From the NCBI GenBank assembly GCA_963665115.1, contig OY762007.1:6624001-6688000 (forward strand): a stretch of 64,000 nt of DNA. The letters run 5' to 3'. Positions 45,084 through 57,760 of this stretch are shown piece after piece (the first letter of the stretch is position 1; every line of letters starts with the position of its first letter). The translations under genes were made by a program, and so were the position numbers. The DNA comes from an uncultured Rivularia sp. GTDB taxonomy: Bacteria; Cyanobacteriota; Cyanobacteriia; Cyanobacteriales; Nostocaceae. The notes beneath the pieces are model-generated. The model was not told the DNA's origin. It made no database searches and worked only from the letters and a program-made list of their open reading frames with translations.

Positions 45084-45653
45084 CTACAATCCTTCTAGCG
45101 GTACTTCTAAAAACTTTGCTAACTGAGCGCCTTTTGTTTCTAGTTCTTTTAATGACAAAGGTTGACCTACTCTTGTTAAAGGAATGTCTCTACGGCCTTT
45201 GGCACGTAAATAAAGAGCGCGACGGGGGTTTATTCCTTCTTTTATTTCGACTCGTACTGATTGCACGTCTTCGGTACTAAAATCGATTTCTATTCGCCGG
45301 TTTTTTCCAGGAAATCCCCACCTAAAGATTTTTATTTGGTCTGTCTCCCGATTAAATTCGTTGTATCCGCCTCCTAGATCCCATAAAATTGCTAGCCACA
45401 GGTATAAAGCTAAAAGCAATCCTGCTATGCCATACAACCCCATCACTAAGCCCTGGGGGACGAATACTAATTGAGTTGCATCCGTGACTAAAAGTAAATT
45501 TTTCTGAAAATAGCTTGATAACCCGGCGAGCAGGAAGCCTCCGGCTCCAAGAAAAACCACTGTTGCCCACCAATAATTACTAAATCTACGAGAACCCAAA
45601 ACCTTTTGTGTAAGGACGTTGTTGTTTTTGGGGATTGTTGTTGATGCCGTCAT
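45084..45653 (-). CDS. ycf4: Photosystem I assembly protein Ycf4
   Basis: GSRRFSNYWWA, FVPQG, GGYNEF and FRWGFPGKNR; start taken at MTAST. Confidence 0.97.
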   Translation of the reverse strand: MTASTTIPKNNNVLTQKVLGSRRFSNYWWATVVFLGAGGFLLAGLSSYFQKNLLLVTDATQLVFVPQGLVMGLYGIAGLLLALYLWLAILWDLGGGYNEFNRETDQIKIFRWGFPGKNRRIEIDFSTEDVQSVRVEIKEGINPRRALYLRAKGRRDIPLTRVGQPLSLKELETKGAQLAKFLEVPLEGL

Positions 45654-46074
45654 GGAACAAATTAAGAGGTTGTGAGAAATTCTCTCTCTTCTCAAGTCTG
45701 CCATTCTTTACGACCACTCCGCACAAATTCTTTAGATTTTCTAATAAATTTAACTTTTATGAGAAAACTTGTGTCAAATTGTAAATATTCTGATATTGAT
45801 GGTATGTAGTGGTTTTGCACTTAACACTTGATTTATGAGTATAAATTGGTCACAAAACTGAGCTAATGTGATAAGTTAAGAATTATTAAGTAAACATACT
45901 CTGTCAAGGCAGTGTGTGATTAAGTTCTGGCACAATCCTGAGAAGTACTTGCTTACTTGGTAGTATTTTCTCATAAAATAGGTCACAGTATTGAAACTAC
46001 TGTCGAAAGTGCTGAATAAAAACTTTGTTTCCTTAGAAACGTAGCAATTTTAGTAAAAGAGGATTTTTGTCCAA

Positions 46075-47133
46075 ATGACCATCGCAGTTGGACGCGCCCC
46101 TAGTAGTAGAGGCTGGTTTGACGTACTCGATGACTGGTTAAAGCGAGATAGATTCGTTTTTATCGGTTGGTCGGGTCTATTGCTTTTCCCCTGTGCCTAC
46201 ATGGCTCTAGGTGGATGGCTAACAGGTACAACTTTTGTATCTTCTTGGTATACCCACGGTTTAGCATCTTCTTACTTAGAAGGTTGTAACTTCCTTACAG
46301 TGGCAGTATCCACACCCGCAGACAGCATGGGACATTCCCTATTGCTTTTGTGGGGACCTGAAGCTCAAGGTGACTTCACCCGTTGGTGTCAGCTAGGCGG
46401 ATTGTGGACATTTGTTGCGCTACACGGAGCTTTCGGTTTGATTGGCTTCATGTTGCGTCAATTTGAAATTTCCCGCTTGGTGGGAATTCGTCCTTATAAT
46501 GCCATTGCGTTTTCTGCACCGATCGCAGTATTCGTTAGCGTATTTTTGATGTACCCCTTGGGTCAATCTTCTTGGTTCTTCGCTCCTAGTTTTGGAGTAG
46601 CAGCAATCTTCCGTTTCTTGCTATTTTTCCAAGGTTTCCATAACTGGACTTTGAATCCCTTCCACATGATGGGAGTAGCAGGTGTATTGGGTGGTGCGCT
46701 GTTGTGTGCAATTCACGGTGCAACTGTAGAAAACACTTTGTTTGAAGATGGTGACGGTTCTAACACCTTCCGTGCATTTGAACCAACCCAAGCAGAAGAA
46801 ACCTATTCAATGGTGACAGCAAACCGTTTCTGGTCACAGATTTTCGGTATTGCATTCTCCAACAAACGTTGGTTGCACTTCTTCATGTTGTTCGTACCAG
46901 TAACTGGTTTATGGATGAGTTCAGTAGGTGTAGTTGGCTTAGCGCTGAACCTACGTGCTTATGACTTCGTATCTCAGGAATTGAGAGCGGCAGAAGACCC
47001 AGAATTTGAAACTTTCTATACGAAAAACATTTTGCTGAATGAGGGTATCCGCGCATGGATGGCTCCTCAAGATCAGCCCCACGAACAATTTGTATTCCCA
47101 GAGGAGGTTCTCCCACGTGGTAACGCTCTCTAA
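46075..47133 (+). CDS. psbD: Photosystem II D2 protein
   Basis: Canonical 352-aa D2 sequence. Confidence 0.99.
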   Translation: MTIAVGRAPSSRGWFDVLDDWLKRDRFVFIGWSGLLLFPCAYMALGGWLTGTTFVSSWYTHGLASSYLEGCNFLTVAVSTPADSMGHSLLLLWGPEAQGDFTRWCQLGGLWTFVALHGAFGLIGFMLRQFEISRLVGIRPYNAIAFSAPIAVFVSVFLMYPLGQSSWFFAPSFGVAAIFRFLLFFQGFHNWTLNPFHMMGVAGVLGGALLCAIHGATVENTLFEDGDGSNTFRAFEPTQAEETYSMVTANRFWSQIFGIAFSNKRWLHFFMLFVPVTGLWMSSVGVVGLALNLRAYDFVSQELRAAEDPEFETFYTKNILLNEGIRAWMAPQDQPHEQFVFPEEVLPRGNAL

Positions 47134-48502
47134 TCAGGCAATTGCAGCAGGTGGACGCGACCAGCAAAGTACAGGCTTTGCTTGGTGGTCCGGTAACGCT
47201 CGCTTAATCAATCTTTCCGGTAAACTACTGGGCGCTCACGTAGCTCATGCTGGTTTAATAGTTTTCTGGGCTGGAGCAATGACCTTATTTGAGGTTGCTC
47301 ACTTTATCCCTGAAAAGCCAATGTACGAACAGGGTTTAATCCTGTTGCCTCACCTAGCAACTCAAGGTTGGGGTGTAGGTGCTGGTGGTGAAGTTATCGA
47401 TACTTTCCCCTACTTTGTTGTTGGCGTACTTCACTTAATTTCTTCTGCCGTACTAGGTTTCGGCGGTATTTATCACGCAGTTCGCGGTCCAGAAACCTTA
47501 GAAGAATACTCTTCTTTCTTCGGTTATGACTGGAAAGATAAGAACAAAATGACCACCATCATCGGTTTCCACCTAATTATTTTAGGATGTGGAGCCTTAT
47601 TGTTGGTGCTTAAAGCAATGTTCTTCGGTGGTTTATACGATACCTGGGCACCCGGTGGTGGTGATGTCCGCGTCGTTACTAACCCCACATTGAATCCTGC
47701 GGTAATCTTCGGTTATATACTCAAATCCCCCTTCGGTGGCGAAGGCTGGATTGTTAGCGTTGATAACCTAGAAGATGTCGTTGGTGGCCACATTTGGGTT
47801 GCCATCATCACTATTTCTGGTGGTATCTTCCACATTCTTACCAAGCCTTTTGGTTGGGCGCGTCGTGCTTTCATCTGGTCTGGTGAAGCGTATCTTTCCT
47901 ATAGTTTGGGTGCGCTGTCCTTGATGGGCTTTATCGCTTCCACCTTCGTTTGGTTTAATAACACCGCTTATCCTAGTGAATTCTTTGGTCCTACAGCTTC
48001 AGAAGCTTCTCAAGCACAGGCATTGACCTTCTTGATTCGCGACCAACGCTTAGGTGCTAACGTAGGTTCTGCACAAGGTCCTACAGGTCTTGGTAAATAC
48101 TTGATGCGTTCTCCTAGTGGTGAAATCATCTTCGGTGGTGAAACCATGCGCTTCTGGGATTTCCGTGGTCCTTGGTTGGAGCCTCTACGCGGTCCTAACG
48201 GACTTGACTTAGAAAAAGTTAAAAATGACATTCAGCCTTGGCAGGCTCGTCGTGCTGCTGAATATATGACCCACGCTCCTTTGGGTTCATTGAACTCTGT
48301 AGGTGGTGTTGCAACTGAGATTAACTCCTTTAACTACGTGTCTCCTCGTGCGTGGTTGGCTACATCTCACTTCGTATTAGGATTCTTCTTCCTAATCGGT
48401 CACTTATGGCACGCAGGTCGCGCTCGTGCGGCTGCTGGTGGTTTCGAGAGAGGTATTAACCGCGAATCCGAACCAGTAATGTTCATGCCGAATTTAGACT
48501 AG
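47117..48502 (+). CDS. psbC: Photosystem II CP43
   Basis: GTG start overlapping psbD by 17 bp; [11 protein letters not shown] and other CP43 motifs. Confidence 0.98.
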   Translation: MVTLSNQAIAAGGRDQQSTGFAWWSGNARLINLSGKLLGAHVAHAGLIVFWAGAMTLFEVAHFIPEKPMYEQGLILLPHLATQGWGVGAGGEVIDTFPYFVVGVLHLISSAVLGFGGIYHAVRGPETLEEYSSFFGYDWKDKNKMTTIIGFHLIILGCGALLLVLKAMFFGGLYDTWAPGGGDVRVVTNPTLNPAVIFGYILKSPFGGEGWIVSVDNLEDVVGGHIWVAIITISGGIFHILTKPFGWARRAFIWSGEAYLSYSLGALSLMGFIASTFVWFNNTAYPSEFFGPTASEASQAQALTFLIRDQRLGANVGSAQGPTGLGKYLMRSPSGEIIFGGETMRFWDFRGPWLEPLRGPNGLDLEKVKNDIQPWQARRAAEYMTHAPLGSLNSVGGVATEINSFNYVSPRAWLATSHFVLGFFFLIGHLWHAGRARAAAGGFERGINRESEPVMFMPNLD

Positions 48503-48542
48503 GTTATCTAGGACGGTAAAGTTTAATTACTGACAATCGACT

Positions 48543-48571
48543 GCTCCCGCTTTTACACGGGAGCTTTTTTT
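48543..48571 (+). terminator. psbDC terminator
   Basis: GCTCCCG-cttttaca-CGGGAGC followed by a T run. Confidence 0.85.
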
Positions 48572-48608
48572 ATGCAGGGATTTTGCTCCAAATGAGGCTG
48601 CGCTCGAT

Positions 48609-48662
48609 CGCCCTGACTCTGTAAGAGTGGGGCTACAGAAACAAAGCCCACCTCGGTGGGCT
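48609..48662 (-). repeat. Free copy of the two-hairpin core of the 116-bp MITE
   Basis: Reverse complement is agcccaccgaggtgggctttgtttctgtagccccactcttacagagtcagggcg. Confidence 0.8.
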
Positions 48663-48855
48663 AAGTTAGCCACATTTTTAAGCAGAAACTGTATTAGACA
48701 AGAAACTGAAAGAAGATAAATATATTTGATTTTAGATAGATAATGACTTATTTAGCATCGTTTCAAAGAGTACGATCGCTATTTTTACTTTTTTGTATTT
48801 TTTTATAAATAATTTCATCGTAAGATATTGACTTTAAAGGCTTCAATAACAATTA

Positions 48856-49152
48856 CTAATCCCATTCCAAAGTAATTTCGATATTAGCAGTGGAAGCATC
48901 TTTTACAAGCAAAGGTGTAAGTTTACCAGATTCAATACCAACGTCTATCCCAAATCTCACACGGGCTTTGTCTGGTTTTATTTTTTGAACGGTTTCAGCG
49001 ATTTCTTTTGTTAATGACTCTATAACCCCAGTCACTTCACTAAATGGTCGAGTTTGGAAAGTCAGTTTTCGGTCCCCAATAAGAGTAGCTTCAACTCTCA
49101 CATTTGTGCCATCACTCAACTCTACGGTAATAATTTTGCTTTGAAGTTCCAT
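48856..49152 (-). CDS. Trypco1 / CU044_2847-like small protein
   Basis: VELSDG..VRVE...KPDKARVRFGI.V.IESG.L...AN.EITLEW pattern. Confidence 0.7.
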   Translation of the reverse strand: MELQSKIITVELSDGTNVRVEATLIGDRKLTFQTRPFSEVTGVIESLTKEIAETVQKIKPDKARVRFGIDVGIESGKLTPLLVKDASTANIEITLEWD

Positions 49153-49434
49153 TCTTATTTAATTGGGTGAACCTGCCGTAATAGGATATCAGTAACCGGC
49201 GAACAGTTATCAGTAACCAGTCAATAATTATCATTTAAAGATCGATTAACATAGTTTTCTAGATACAAATAATTTTTTTTTAATAAAATATAAATTTCGA
49301 TACTTTTACTTTGTAATAAATTACCTATTTTATGTTTCTGCATCCGATTTTTTAAATTAGGCAAAATGTCTTATTAGCTATTAACTGAAAAAATATGTTA
49401 AATACCTAAAATCTAACAGTTAATTGGTTACTAT

Positions 49435-50289
49435 TCACTGATTTCCCACATTCATAGCAGCTAAAAATGCTTTCTGACTGGCATCTTTGTATAGTGAATT
49501 GAGATATTTCATTACGATATCTGTCGAATTAACATTAGCAATATTTTCATCTTCTTTTGCTAAAGGGATTGAACCTAATACATCTAATACAGTTTCGCCG
49601 GTTGATGGTGCAATTACTACTAATGATGATTCCAATGGTTGATTGTATTGCCAGAAGTTATCTAGCTTTAAAGAATTTTTTTGGTTGTTAATAGACTCTT
49701 GAACTTCTGAAGTTTCTATTTCTGAATCTAAAATATTAGCATTACGTAATTTCCGTAAATCGCTAATAATTTGCTCTTTAGTACGTCCTCGCAACTGAAA
49801 AAGTACAAATGGATCTTCGCTAAAACGATCGGCTAATTGATAGTAAATAGCACCTATATGTTTACAGGGGTTGGCTTTATCGGGACACGAACATTTACTA
49901 TGAACTTCAGGTAATGTGAAAGGAAATAGTGACAAACCATTTGCTGTAAATACTTCTTCTATATTTTGCGGCATTTCTCCCGCTAATAATTTGGCAGCAA
50001 ATATTGCTCTTTGGGACATTGTTTCAACAATAAAACCCCATTCTTCATCGCTGAAGGAGTCGAGAGAAAGAGACACACTATAAGGTTCCGGTTCGCTACC
50101 CTGTACTTTCGCTAATACTTTGGCATTTGCAAATTTAATGCTGAGAATATTTCCTTGACGTGCATAATTTCTCGCACGTTCCAAACGCTTTTTAAAACGG
50201 TAAGAATCTAATAATTCTAACCAACGTTGCGACCACCATTCTCTTGATGCTTGTAAATCGTAATTTGCTTGCATGATATCAATAAACAA
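49435..50289 (-). CDS. SWIM zinc-finger protein
   Basis: RLERARNYARQG and CSCPDKANPCKH; adjacent to SNF2. Confidence 0.92.
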   Translation of the reverse strand: MFIDIMQANYDLQASREWWSQRWLELLDSYRFKKRLERARNYARQGNILSIKFANAKVLAKVQGSEPEPYSVSLSLDSFSDEEWGFIVETMSQRAIFAAKLLAGEMPQNIEEVFTANGLSLFPFTLPEVHSKCSCPDKANPCKHIGAIYYQLADRFSEDPFVLFQLRGRTKEQIISDLRKLRNANILDSEIETSEVQESINNQKNSLKLDNFWQYNQPLESSLVVIAPSTGETVLDVLGSIPLAKEDENIANVNSTDIVMKYLNSLYKDASQKAFLAAMNVGNQ

Positions 50290-50345
50290 TGAACAATGAA
50301 CAACTAACTACTAACTACTAACTACTAACTACTAACTACTAACTC

Positions 50346-53300
50346 CTAAACTTCTTCTTCAATCACCGCATCGCGATCGAGTATTAACAAATTACGAAGC
50401 TGATCGGTGTCCATTTCGGTTAACCATTCTTCACCAGCACCTACAACTTGTTCTGCTAATTGTTTTTTACTTTCAATCATGTCGTGAATTTTTTCTTCTA
50501 AAGTACCAGTACAAACGAATTTGTGTACCTGAACATTTTTTGTTTGACCGATACGAAATACTCTATCTGTAGCTTGATTTTCTACTGCGGGATTCCACCA
50601 TCTATCGAAGTGAAATACATGATTTGCACGGGTTAAATTTAATCCGACACCACCTGCTTTTAAGGAGAGAATCATTACTGGTGGGGCTTGCGGGTCGTGT
50701 TGAAAACGGTCGATCATTTCCTCGCGTTGCTTTTTAGTTGTACTACCATATAAAAACAAAGTTTCTCTGCCCAACTTCTCTTCTAGATGGGGTTTGAGCA
50801 ACTTACCCCACTCCGCAAACTGAGTGAAAATTAAAGCGCGATCGCCGTTTGATATTGCTTCTTCTAGCATCTCATCTAAACGCTGAAGTTTGGCTGAATC
50901 GTATTGTTCTAATTTCTTTTTCTTTAAATACTGGGCTGGGTGATTGCAAATTTGTTTTAACTTTACAAGTAAGCCTAAAATCATTCCCCGACGCTGTAAT
51001 CCTTCTGCATCATCAATTGTGGCTAGGGAATCTTCTACTACTTTTTGATAAAGCTTTGCTTGCTCGGGAGTTAAACCACAAAAAACAGTCATTTCCTGCT
51101 TTTCTGGTAAATCTTGAATAATATCGCGGTCGGTTTTTAAACGACGTAAGATAAACGGTTGAACTAAAGAGCGCAATTGTGATAAGGAAGAAGTATCACC
51201 ATATTTTTCAATCGGCATTGCAAACCGTCTTTGAAAAAATTGTTTGTTTCCTAGATATCCGGGATTTAAGAAATCCATAATCGACCACAATTCTTGCAGT
51301 CTATTTTCTACCGGAGTACCTGTCAAAGCAATGCGAAATTCTGGTTCTAACTGTCTTACTGCTTGCGATTGTTTCGATTCTGCATTTTTAATATTTTGAG
51401 CTTCATCTAAAGCGATAATCTGCCAGGAAACATCTTGTAATGATTTTAAATCGCGATGAACTAACGAGTAACTTGTAATTACAATATTTTTATCTTTGAC
51501 GGCAGTTTGAAAAGCCTTTCCTTTCGGACGTTTATCACCGTGATACTGCAAAACTTTGAGATTAGGAGCAAATTTTTTAACTTCTCGTTCCCAGTTTCCT
51601 AATACTGAAGTGGGACAAACTAATAATGTGGGTTTTTCTAGGGCTTCTTCTTCTTTTAAATGCAGTAGAAAGGCTATGAATTGGATCGTATTGTGACAAA
51701 TTATATTATTCGCAACAAAATTGTGATGTTTTTCAACCTCGAAATCGTAAACCCATCCCTCGAATTCTACATCTTCAATGCTTTCTATTTTGCAGTAGAA
51801 GACTTCTTGGTTGATTTTTGGTTTTTCTTGTAAAGCAATATTGTCTTTTGAGGGAAGAGGAGTTGTATTTTTTAAACGCAAAGGTTCGCGGAGGTTTTCG
51901 CGGAGGTTCGCTGAGGAATTATTCGCTGGGATTCCAATGCGATCGCCTACCTTGAAGTGATTTGTCCAACCCTTATTCGTCAACAATTTATGACGACGGG
52001 TAATGGTAATGCTGTTACCATCTTTTAAATTGATTTTTATTAATTTTTCTTTGACTTGTTGTCGGTAAAGCCGTCGAATGGGAGCTTGGATAATTTTACC
52101 AGTTGACTCATCTATGGAATTAACTATTAATTTCTCTATGGATTCGCTCCAGAATCCTTCACCGTCAAATTGTGTTTCTCCTGCATAGCTTTCCCAAATA
52201 TTTTCAGCAGTATTTAAACAACCATTAATGTAAATTTGAGTATCTGGTGCAACGCATTTTCCCAAACCCATGTCATCCGCCAAACAAGCACCCAAACCCC
52301 AACGTTCCAAAAATGACAGCCAAGACATTCCCCGTCGTTGATATGGGCGCAATTCTCCGTGAAAACTTTCGGGTGTGGATAAAGTTTCTATATCTTGATT
52401 ATCTGTCAGATTTGTAATTAACTCCTGCAAAGCTCCGGAAGCTTCAAAGCTGACTACGGGTAATTTTTCAATGGTTTGAGTATCTCCAGAACCCAATCGT
52501 AATGCATCTTCTAATGACAGCGACATCTTTTCTTTTCTACCAGCAAAAAATGTCTGTGCTGTCTTGATATCTTGGGGGACGCAATTCTACCCACTCATCA
52601 TTAATTTGTACCAAGGGACTTTTTAAAGCCACAAGTTTGTCAAACTGCTGTTTGGAAAGAGTTTGTCCCCCAATGGCTAATTCCCATTTGAAATTAAGCA
52701 AACTTTGCAAACCCAAACGCTCGGTTTTTTTATTTGGTGTTTGAGCGCTGACTTTCAAACCCAAACGATTAGCCCAACCATCGCGATTTGCTAAGGTATC
52801 AGGTAAGATTACACCCAAACCATTATCTTCAAATCGCCAAGTTACCGACTTGATAAAATCATAAGCTTGCATCGGTTCGAGATGACAAGATTGAGGTAAA
52901 GCCGTATCTAAACTTGGTGCCATGATTGGATAAAGCCGCGAAGCCAAACCCAAACCTCGTAAAAAAGTTTCTTGTGGCTTGTCAATTGTGCGATTTTGGT
53001 AAACAAATTTTTCAACAGGATGTTTCCAAATCGTTTTTGCGTCTATCAAAAATTCTTCATCATCAATCGCTTGCAGATAATATTCCAACAACCATTGTGT
53101 CTCACCTTCTTCTGGAGTACGCAATGCAAAACAGGTGCGAAAAAGACTTCTGGTTCCCAGTTGGTTTTGTAAAGGTAAAGTCCAAGAATTCAGTGCCGCT
53201 TCTAACCTTTCAACTTCCTGATTATCCGCACTAAGTGAATTTTTCTTGCTTGTTAAAGAGTGCAACCATTGTCTAACTACAGATGGTAGAGATGACAACA

Positions 53301-54165
53301 ATCGAGTTTCTGCTGCATCCAAAGAATTTACCATTTCTCGCACTTGAGCATCTACAGTTTTATTCAGAAAATCCAGCAGTAATTGTTCGGATTCGGGAGG
53401 TAAATTAATTAATTGATAATTATCTGACTCAATTTGTGTTTGAGTTTGTTCTCGATACAGCCGACATGACATTGGCATTAATCGCGAATATTTATCTAAA
53501 CGACTGCCATCAACGGCACTATCCAAAAGTGCTTCCCAACTAGCAATTTTAGAATCATCGGATGCATTGTTAATTGCAGGCAATAACTTACACCTTGCAA
53601 TCAAATCTAAACCCCAACGACCAACTTGCGACCAAAAACGTAAATCTCCTCCGATAAAATCTTGCTCCTCCGAAGCAACATTCATCGGTAAGGAAGTTAA
53701 AAATTTTATTGCTTCTGTAGAGTTCAAGCAAAAACCTTCAACTTGCCAAGAATATAGATATTGCTCGTTTACAGCTTCGTTAACAATCCCCGAATGCAAG
53801 GGTTGTATCAAGTCAATATCCTTTTTTTTCTTCTTCTTTTCTTGGGGAATACGGGTAGGTAAGGCAATTACGATAGATGAAGAAGGTAAATTTATATCTT
53901 CTTTAGTAGCTGTAGCTTTGGATTTTCTTTTAGATTTAGTACTGGAATTATCGGCTTGGGCTTTTTCCCATGATTCAGGAATTTTAAGATTGCGTTTTTG
54001 CAATAACTCCAATAATTCTAACGGTGTCATACCGAAAGGATGAGGCTGTAATTGAATTAATTCATCTTGAGCCGAATCGCTACTTATAGAGCGCCAAGTT
54101 TCTCCCCATATAAAAAAACAGCTGTTTTGACCTTGTAGTAACCAACTACCGTGTAAAATTGCCAT
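50346..54165 (-). CDS. SNF2-family helicase (intein-containing; apparent +1 frameshift at 52574-52578)
   Basis: Removing one C joins ...WVELRP-QDIK... to the downstream ORF; LADDMGLGK[intein]T, DEAQ, TGTP and QATDR motifs. Confidence 0.92.
51690..52256 (-). mobile_element. Mini-intein (189 aa) in the SNF2 Walker A motif
   Basis: GK|CVAPDT...T..H (block B)...VYDFEV..HNFVANNIICHN|T; no LAGLIDADG motifs. Confidence 0.95.
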
Positions 54166-54457
54166 ATGTCAACTACATTCTTTTTTTCTTGTAGAACTTT
54201 AATTTTCGAGTACTTGATTTTTAATAAAATATTCTTTTAAGGCTGTAAAAACTCATTAAATATAAAAGGCTTTATAAAAAAATAGTAATATGCATATAAC
54301 GGGCATTAAAATATCTATTATCTTAAAAATAATTCAAACTTAATAAATTTTATTATCCTCCGACTTTGCGTTTAAAAATCTCTGAAAAAGCTATTTTGTC
54401 CGATTTTTAAACTTAATCAGCAATTGTAAAATATAACTTAATCAAGATTAACCTGTA

Positions 54458-55018
54458 ATGCAGCTACCAGTTTATACAAATTTAAAAAATGGCATACAAG
54501 TAGAATTAGACTATATGCATCCTGACGAATCCGAGCAGGTAAAAAAACTGCTCAATACCATAGTTATGGAAGGAAAATCATATCCACAAAAACAGGCTTT
54601 AACAGATTTAGAATTTGATGCTTACTGGCTTTTGGGTCATTCCTTTGTAGTCAAACCAGTAGATCCAAGCAATCAAGCTCTACCACAAGATATACTAGCT
54701 GCTTTTTACATCAAACCAAACTTTGTTGGAAGATGCAGCCATATTTGCAACGCTGGTTTTATTGTACAACCACAAATGCGAGGTCAGGGCATTGGGCGGT
54801 TTATGGGTGAAACAATGCTTTCGATCGCTCAGAGTCTTGGTTATCAAGCAGTAATGTTCAATTTGGTCTTTGAAAATAATATACCTTCAATTCGCCTGTG
54901 GCAATCTTTAGGATTCCAAACTATCGGACGGATTCCCGCTGCGGTAGAGCTAGAAAATGATTCATATATAGATGCTTTATTAATGTATCGTCGGTTGGGA
55001 GTTAAAAGTGAGGAGTGA
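54458..55018 (+). CDS. GNAT acetyltransferase
   Basis: NAGFIV...RGQGIG and FNLVFENN..SIRLW motifs. Confidence 0.9.
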   Translation: MQLPVYTNLKNGIQVELDYMHPDESEQVKKLLNTIVMEGKSYPQKQALTDLEFDAYWLLGHSFVVKPVDPSNQALPQDILAAFYIKPNFVGRCSHICNAGFIVQPQMRGQGIGRFMGETMLSIAQSLGYQAVMFNLVFENNIPSIRLWQSLGFQTIGRIPAAVELENDSYIDALLMYRRLGVKSEE

Positions 55019-55113
55019 GGAGTGAGTAGTGAGTAGTGAGTAGTGAGTAGTGAGTAGTGAGTAGTGAGTAGTGAGTAGTGAGTAGTGAGTAGCAAGTAGT
55101 GAGTAGTGAGTAG
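55008..55113. repeat. STRR (GAGTAGT)n array
   Basis: About 14 heptamer units. Confidence 0.92.
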
Positions 55114-55268
55114 TTAAGAATTATAAATAAAACTAAAAGAAATTAAATAAAAGTTACTCTTCACTGTTAACTGGTAACTGATTTACAAGCTACTGCGGCA
55201 AGCAATAAGGCATAAATGTTAGGATTGCCACTGAGAGCGAATAGTGCATAGAAGGAAACATAAACTGA

Positions 55269-57422
55269 ATGGAAGAATTTGAAAAGTCAATATCCTTTGA
55301 CGGACGGGATATTCGACTGAAAGTTGGCGTGTTAGCTCCCCAGGCAGGCGGGTCTGTAATGATACAATCCGGGGACACAGCAGTATTGGTGACGGCGACG
55401 CGATCGCAAGGAAGAGAAGGAATTGATTTTTTGCCTTTGACGGTAGATTACGAAGAGAGATTGTATTCAGCAGGTAGAATTCCCGGAGGTATTTTAAGAA
55501 GAGAAGGACGACCTCCAGAAAAGGCGACTCTTACTAGTCGTCTAATTGACCGTCCCATGCGTCCTTTGTTCCCTTCATGGTTGCGAGATGACCTGCAAAT
55601 TATTGCAGCAACTCTTTCGGTAGATGAGGAAGTACCGCCGGATGTGCTAGCCGTGACTGGTGCAAGTATTGCTACTTTGTTGGCAAAAATTCCCTTCAAA
55701 GGACCAATGGCAGCGGTAAGAGTTGGTTTAGTGGGAGATGATTTCATTATCAACCCCACCTACGCAGAAATCACTGCTGGAGACTTGGATTTGGTTGTTG
55801 CTGGTTCCCCTGATGGGGTAATCATGGTGGAAGCGGGAGCTAACCAACTACCAGAACAAGATATTATCGAAGCAATTGAATTCGGTTACGAAGCGGTACA
55901 AGATTTAATCCAAGCACAATTGGATTTGATTGCAGAACTCGGTATTGAGATTGTTAGCGAAGAGCCACCAGAAGTAGACACAACTCTAGAACAATTTATT
56001 AGCGATCGCGCTACCGATGGAATCAAAAAAATTCTGGCGCAGTTTAAGTTTACTAAAGCCGAACGCGATGATGCTTTGGATCTGATCAAAGAAAAAATCT
56101 CGGCAGAGATTGAAGAGTTATCGGAAGAAGATCCAATCCAAGTAGCTGCAACGGAAAACGCTAAGGCACTCGGCAATACTTTTAAAGGTATTACTAAAAA
56201 GCTGATGCGCCGTCAAATCGTTGAAGATGGCGTTCGCGTTGATGGTCGTAAGCTTGATGAGGTTCGTCCGGTATCCTGCCAAGTAGAGCTTTTACCAAAA
56301 CGGGTTCACGGTAGCGGTTTGTTTAATAGGGGACTCACCCAAGTACTTTCTATTTGTACTTTGGGAACACCTGGAGATGCTCAAAATCTAAACGATGACC
56401 TGCAACCAAATCAGCAAAAGCATTATCTCCACCATTACAACTTCCCACCATATTCTGTTGGGGAAACCAAGCCCTTACGTCCACCGGGACGAAGAGAAAT
56501 TGGTCACGGTGCTTTAGCAGAGCGAGCTATATTACCCGTGTTACCACCAAAAAGTGAATTCCCTTACGTACTTAGGGTAGTATCTGAGGTACTTTCTTCC
56601 AACGGTTCTACCTCAATGGGTTCTGTCTGTGGTTCAACCTTAGCGTTGATGGATGCAGGCGTACCAATTAAAAAACCCGTTAGTGGTGCGGCAATGGGTT
56701 TAATTAGAGAAGATGGTGAATTCCGTGTTTTAACTGATATCCAAGGGATTGAAGACTTCTTAGGCGACATGGACTTTAAAGTTGCCGGGACTGATACTGG
56801 TATCACTGCCTTACAAATGGATATGAAAATCACTGGTTTATCTTTGGAGACAGTTGCTCAAGCAGTTCATCAAGCTAAAAGTGCTAGATTGCACATTTTA
56901 GAAAAAATGCTTGCCTGCATCGACAAACCGCGTGAGGAAATGTCACCCTATGCTCCACGCTTGTTGACCATCAAGATTGACTCAGATATGATTGGGCTGG
57001 TAATTGGGCCTGGTGGTAAAACCATCAAGGGAATTACCGAAGAAACAGGTGCCACAGTTGATATCGAAGATGATGGTACCGTGACAATTGCCGCTTTGGA
57101 TGAAAATAAAGCTAAGAAAGCCCGCTTTATTATCCAGTCAATGACACGCAAACTAAATGAAGGCGACGTTTACGTTGGTAGAGTAACTCGAATTATACCA
57201 ATCGGTGCCTTCGTGGAGTTTTTACCTGGAAAAGAAGGGATGATTCATATTTCCCAGCTAGCCGATTATCGAGTTGGCAAAGTTGAAGATGAAGTTGCAG
57301 TTAGCGACGAAGTAATCGTCAAAGTTCGCGAAATTGACAACAAAGGTAGAATAAACCTTACCCGCTTGGGCATTCACCCAGAACAAGCGACTGCTGCGCG
57401 AGAAGCAGCTGCAAACAGTTAA
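55269..57422 (+). CDS. pnp: Polyribonucleotide nucleotidyltransferase
   Basis: [35 protein letters not shown] and S1 domains. Confidence 0.98.
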   Translation: MEEFEKSISFDGRDIRLKVGVLAPQAGGSVMIQSGDTAVLVTATRSQGREGIDFLPLTVDYEERLYSAGRIPGGILRREGRPPEKATLTSRLIDRPMRPLFPSWLRDDLQIIAATLSVDEEVPPDVLAVTGASIATLLAKIPFKGPMAAVRVGLVGDDFIINPTYAEITAGDLDLVVAGSPDGVIMVEAGANQLPEQDIIEAIEFGYEAVQDLIQAQLDLIAELGIEIVSEEPPEVDTTLEQFISDRATDGIKKILAQFKFTKAERDDALDLIKEKISAEIEELSEEDPIQVAATENAKALGNTFKGITKKLMRRQIVEDGVRVDGRKLDEVRPVSCQVELLPKRVHGSGLFNRGLTQVLSICTLGTPGDAQNLNDDLQPNQQKHYLHHYNFPPYSVGETKPLRPPGRREIGHGALAERAILPVLPPKSEFPYVLRVVSEVLSSNGSTSMGSVCGSTLALMDAGVPIKKPVSGAAMGLIREDGEFRVLTDIQGIEDFLGDMDFKVAGTDTGITALQMDMKITGLSLETVAQAVHQAKSARLHILEKMLACIDKPREEMSPYAPRLLTIKIDSDMIGLVIGPGGKTIKGITEETGATVDIEDDGTVTIAALDENKAKKARFIIQSMTRKLNEGDVYVGRVTRIIPIGAFVEFLPGKEGMIHISQLADYRVGKVEDEVAVSDEVIVKVREIDNKGRINLTRLGIHPEQATAAREAAANS

Positions 57423-57429
57423 ATAACAA

Positions 57430-57470
57430 GGATTTTAGATTTAGATTGTGAATGCACAAATCTAAAATCC
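57430..57470 (+). terminator. Hairpin downstream of pnp
   Basis: ggattttagattt...aaatctaaaatcc inverted repeat. Confidence 0.55.
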
Positions 57471-57760
57471 GCGCTGCAATTTGAAAAATGATTAATTAAG
57501 ATCGACCACCAGGAATTGCTTGGTGGTTCAACTTAAATGATTAAGAAAAAAAATTATTAAACCAATTTAAGCAAGTTAAAAATTAAGTTATTTTAAGTAT
57601 AGGGCTTACGCATAGTAATCAAAAATCTCCCTAACCCACGCCACTTGCTACAACCGTCGTGTTCCTCGGCAACGCAGTGGCTCTCCTTTAGGAAAAGGGG
57701 CAGCTTTGCGTAGATCCTTTAAATAGTACAAGTAATCAACACTGCGGTATTGCATTAATC

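Noticed and set aside
47039..47116. Longer N-terminus for PsbC (and for NtcA and Ycf4) given in the ORF track
   Set aside because: The conserved starts are downstream (GTG 47117, ATG 61222, ATG 45653).
50346..54165. Naturally split SNF2 or split intein
   Set aside because: One extra C in a C-run explains the break, and the intein is contiguous.
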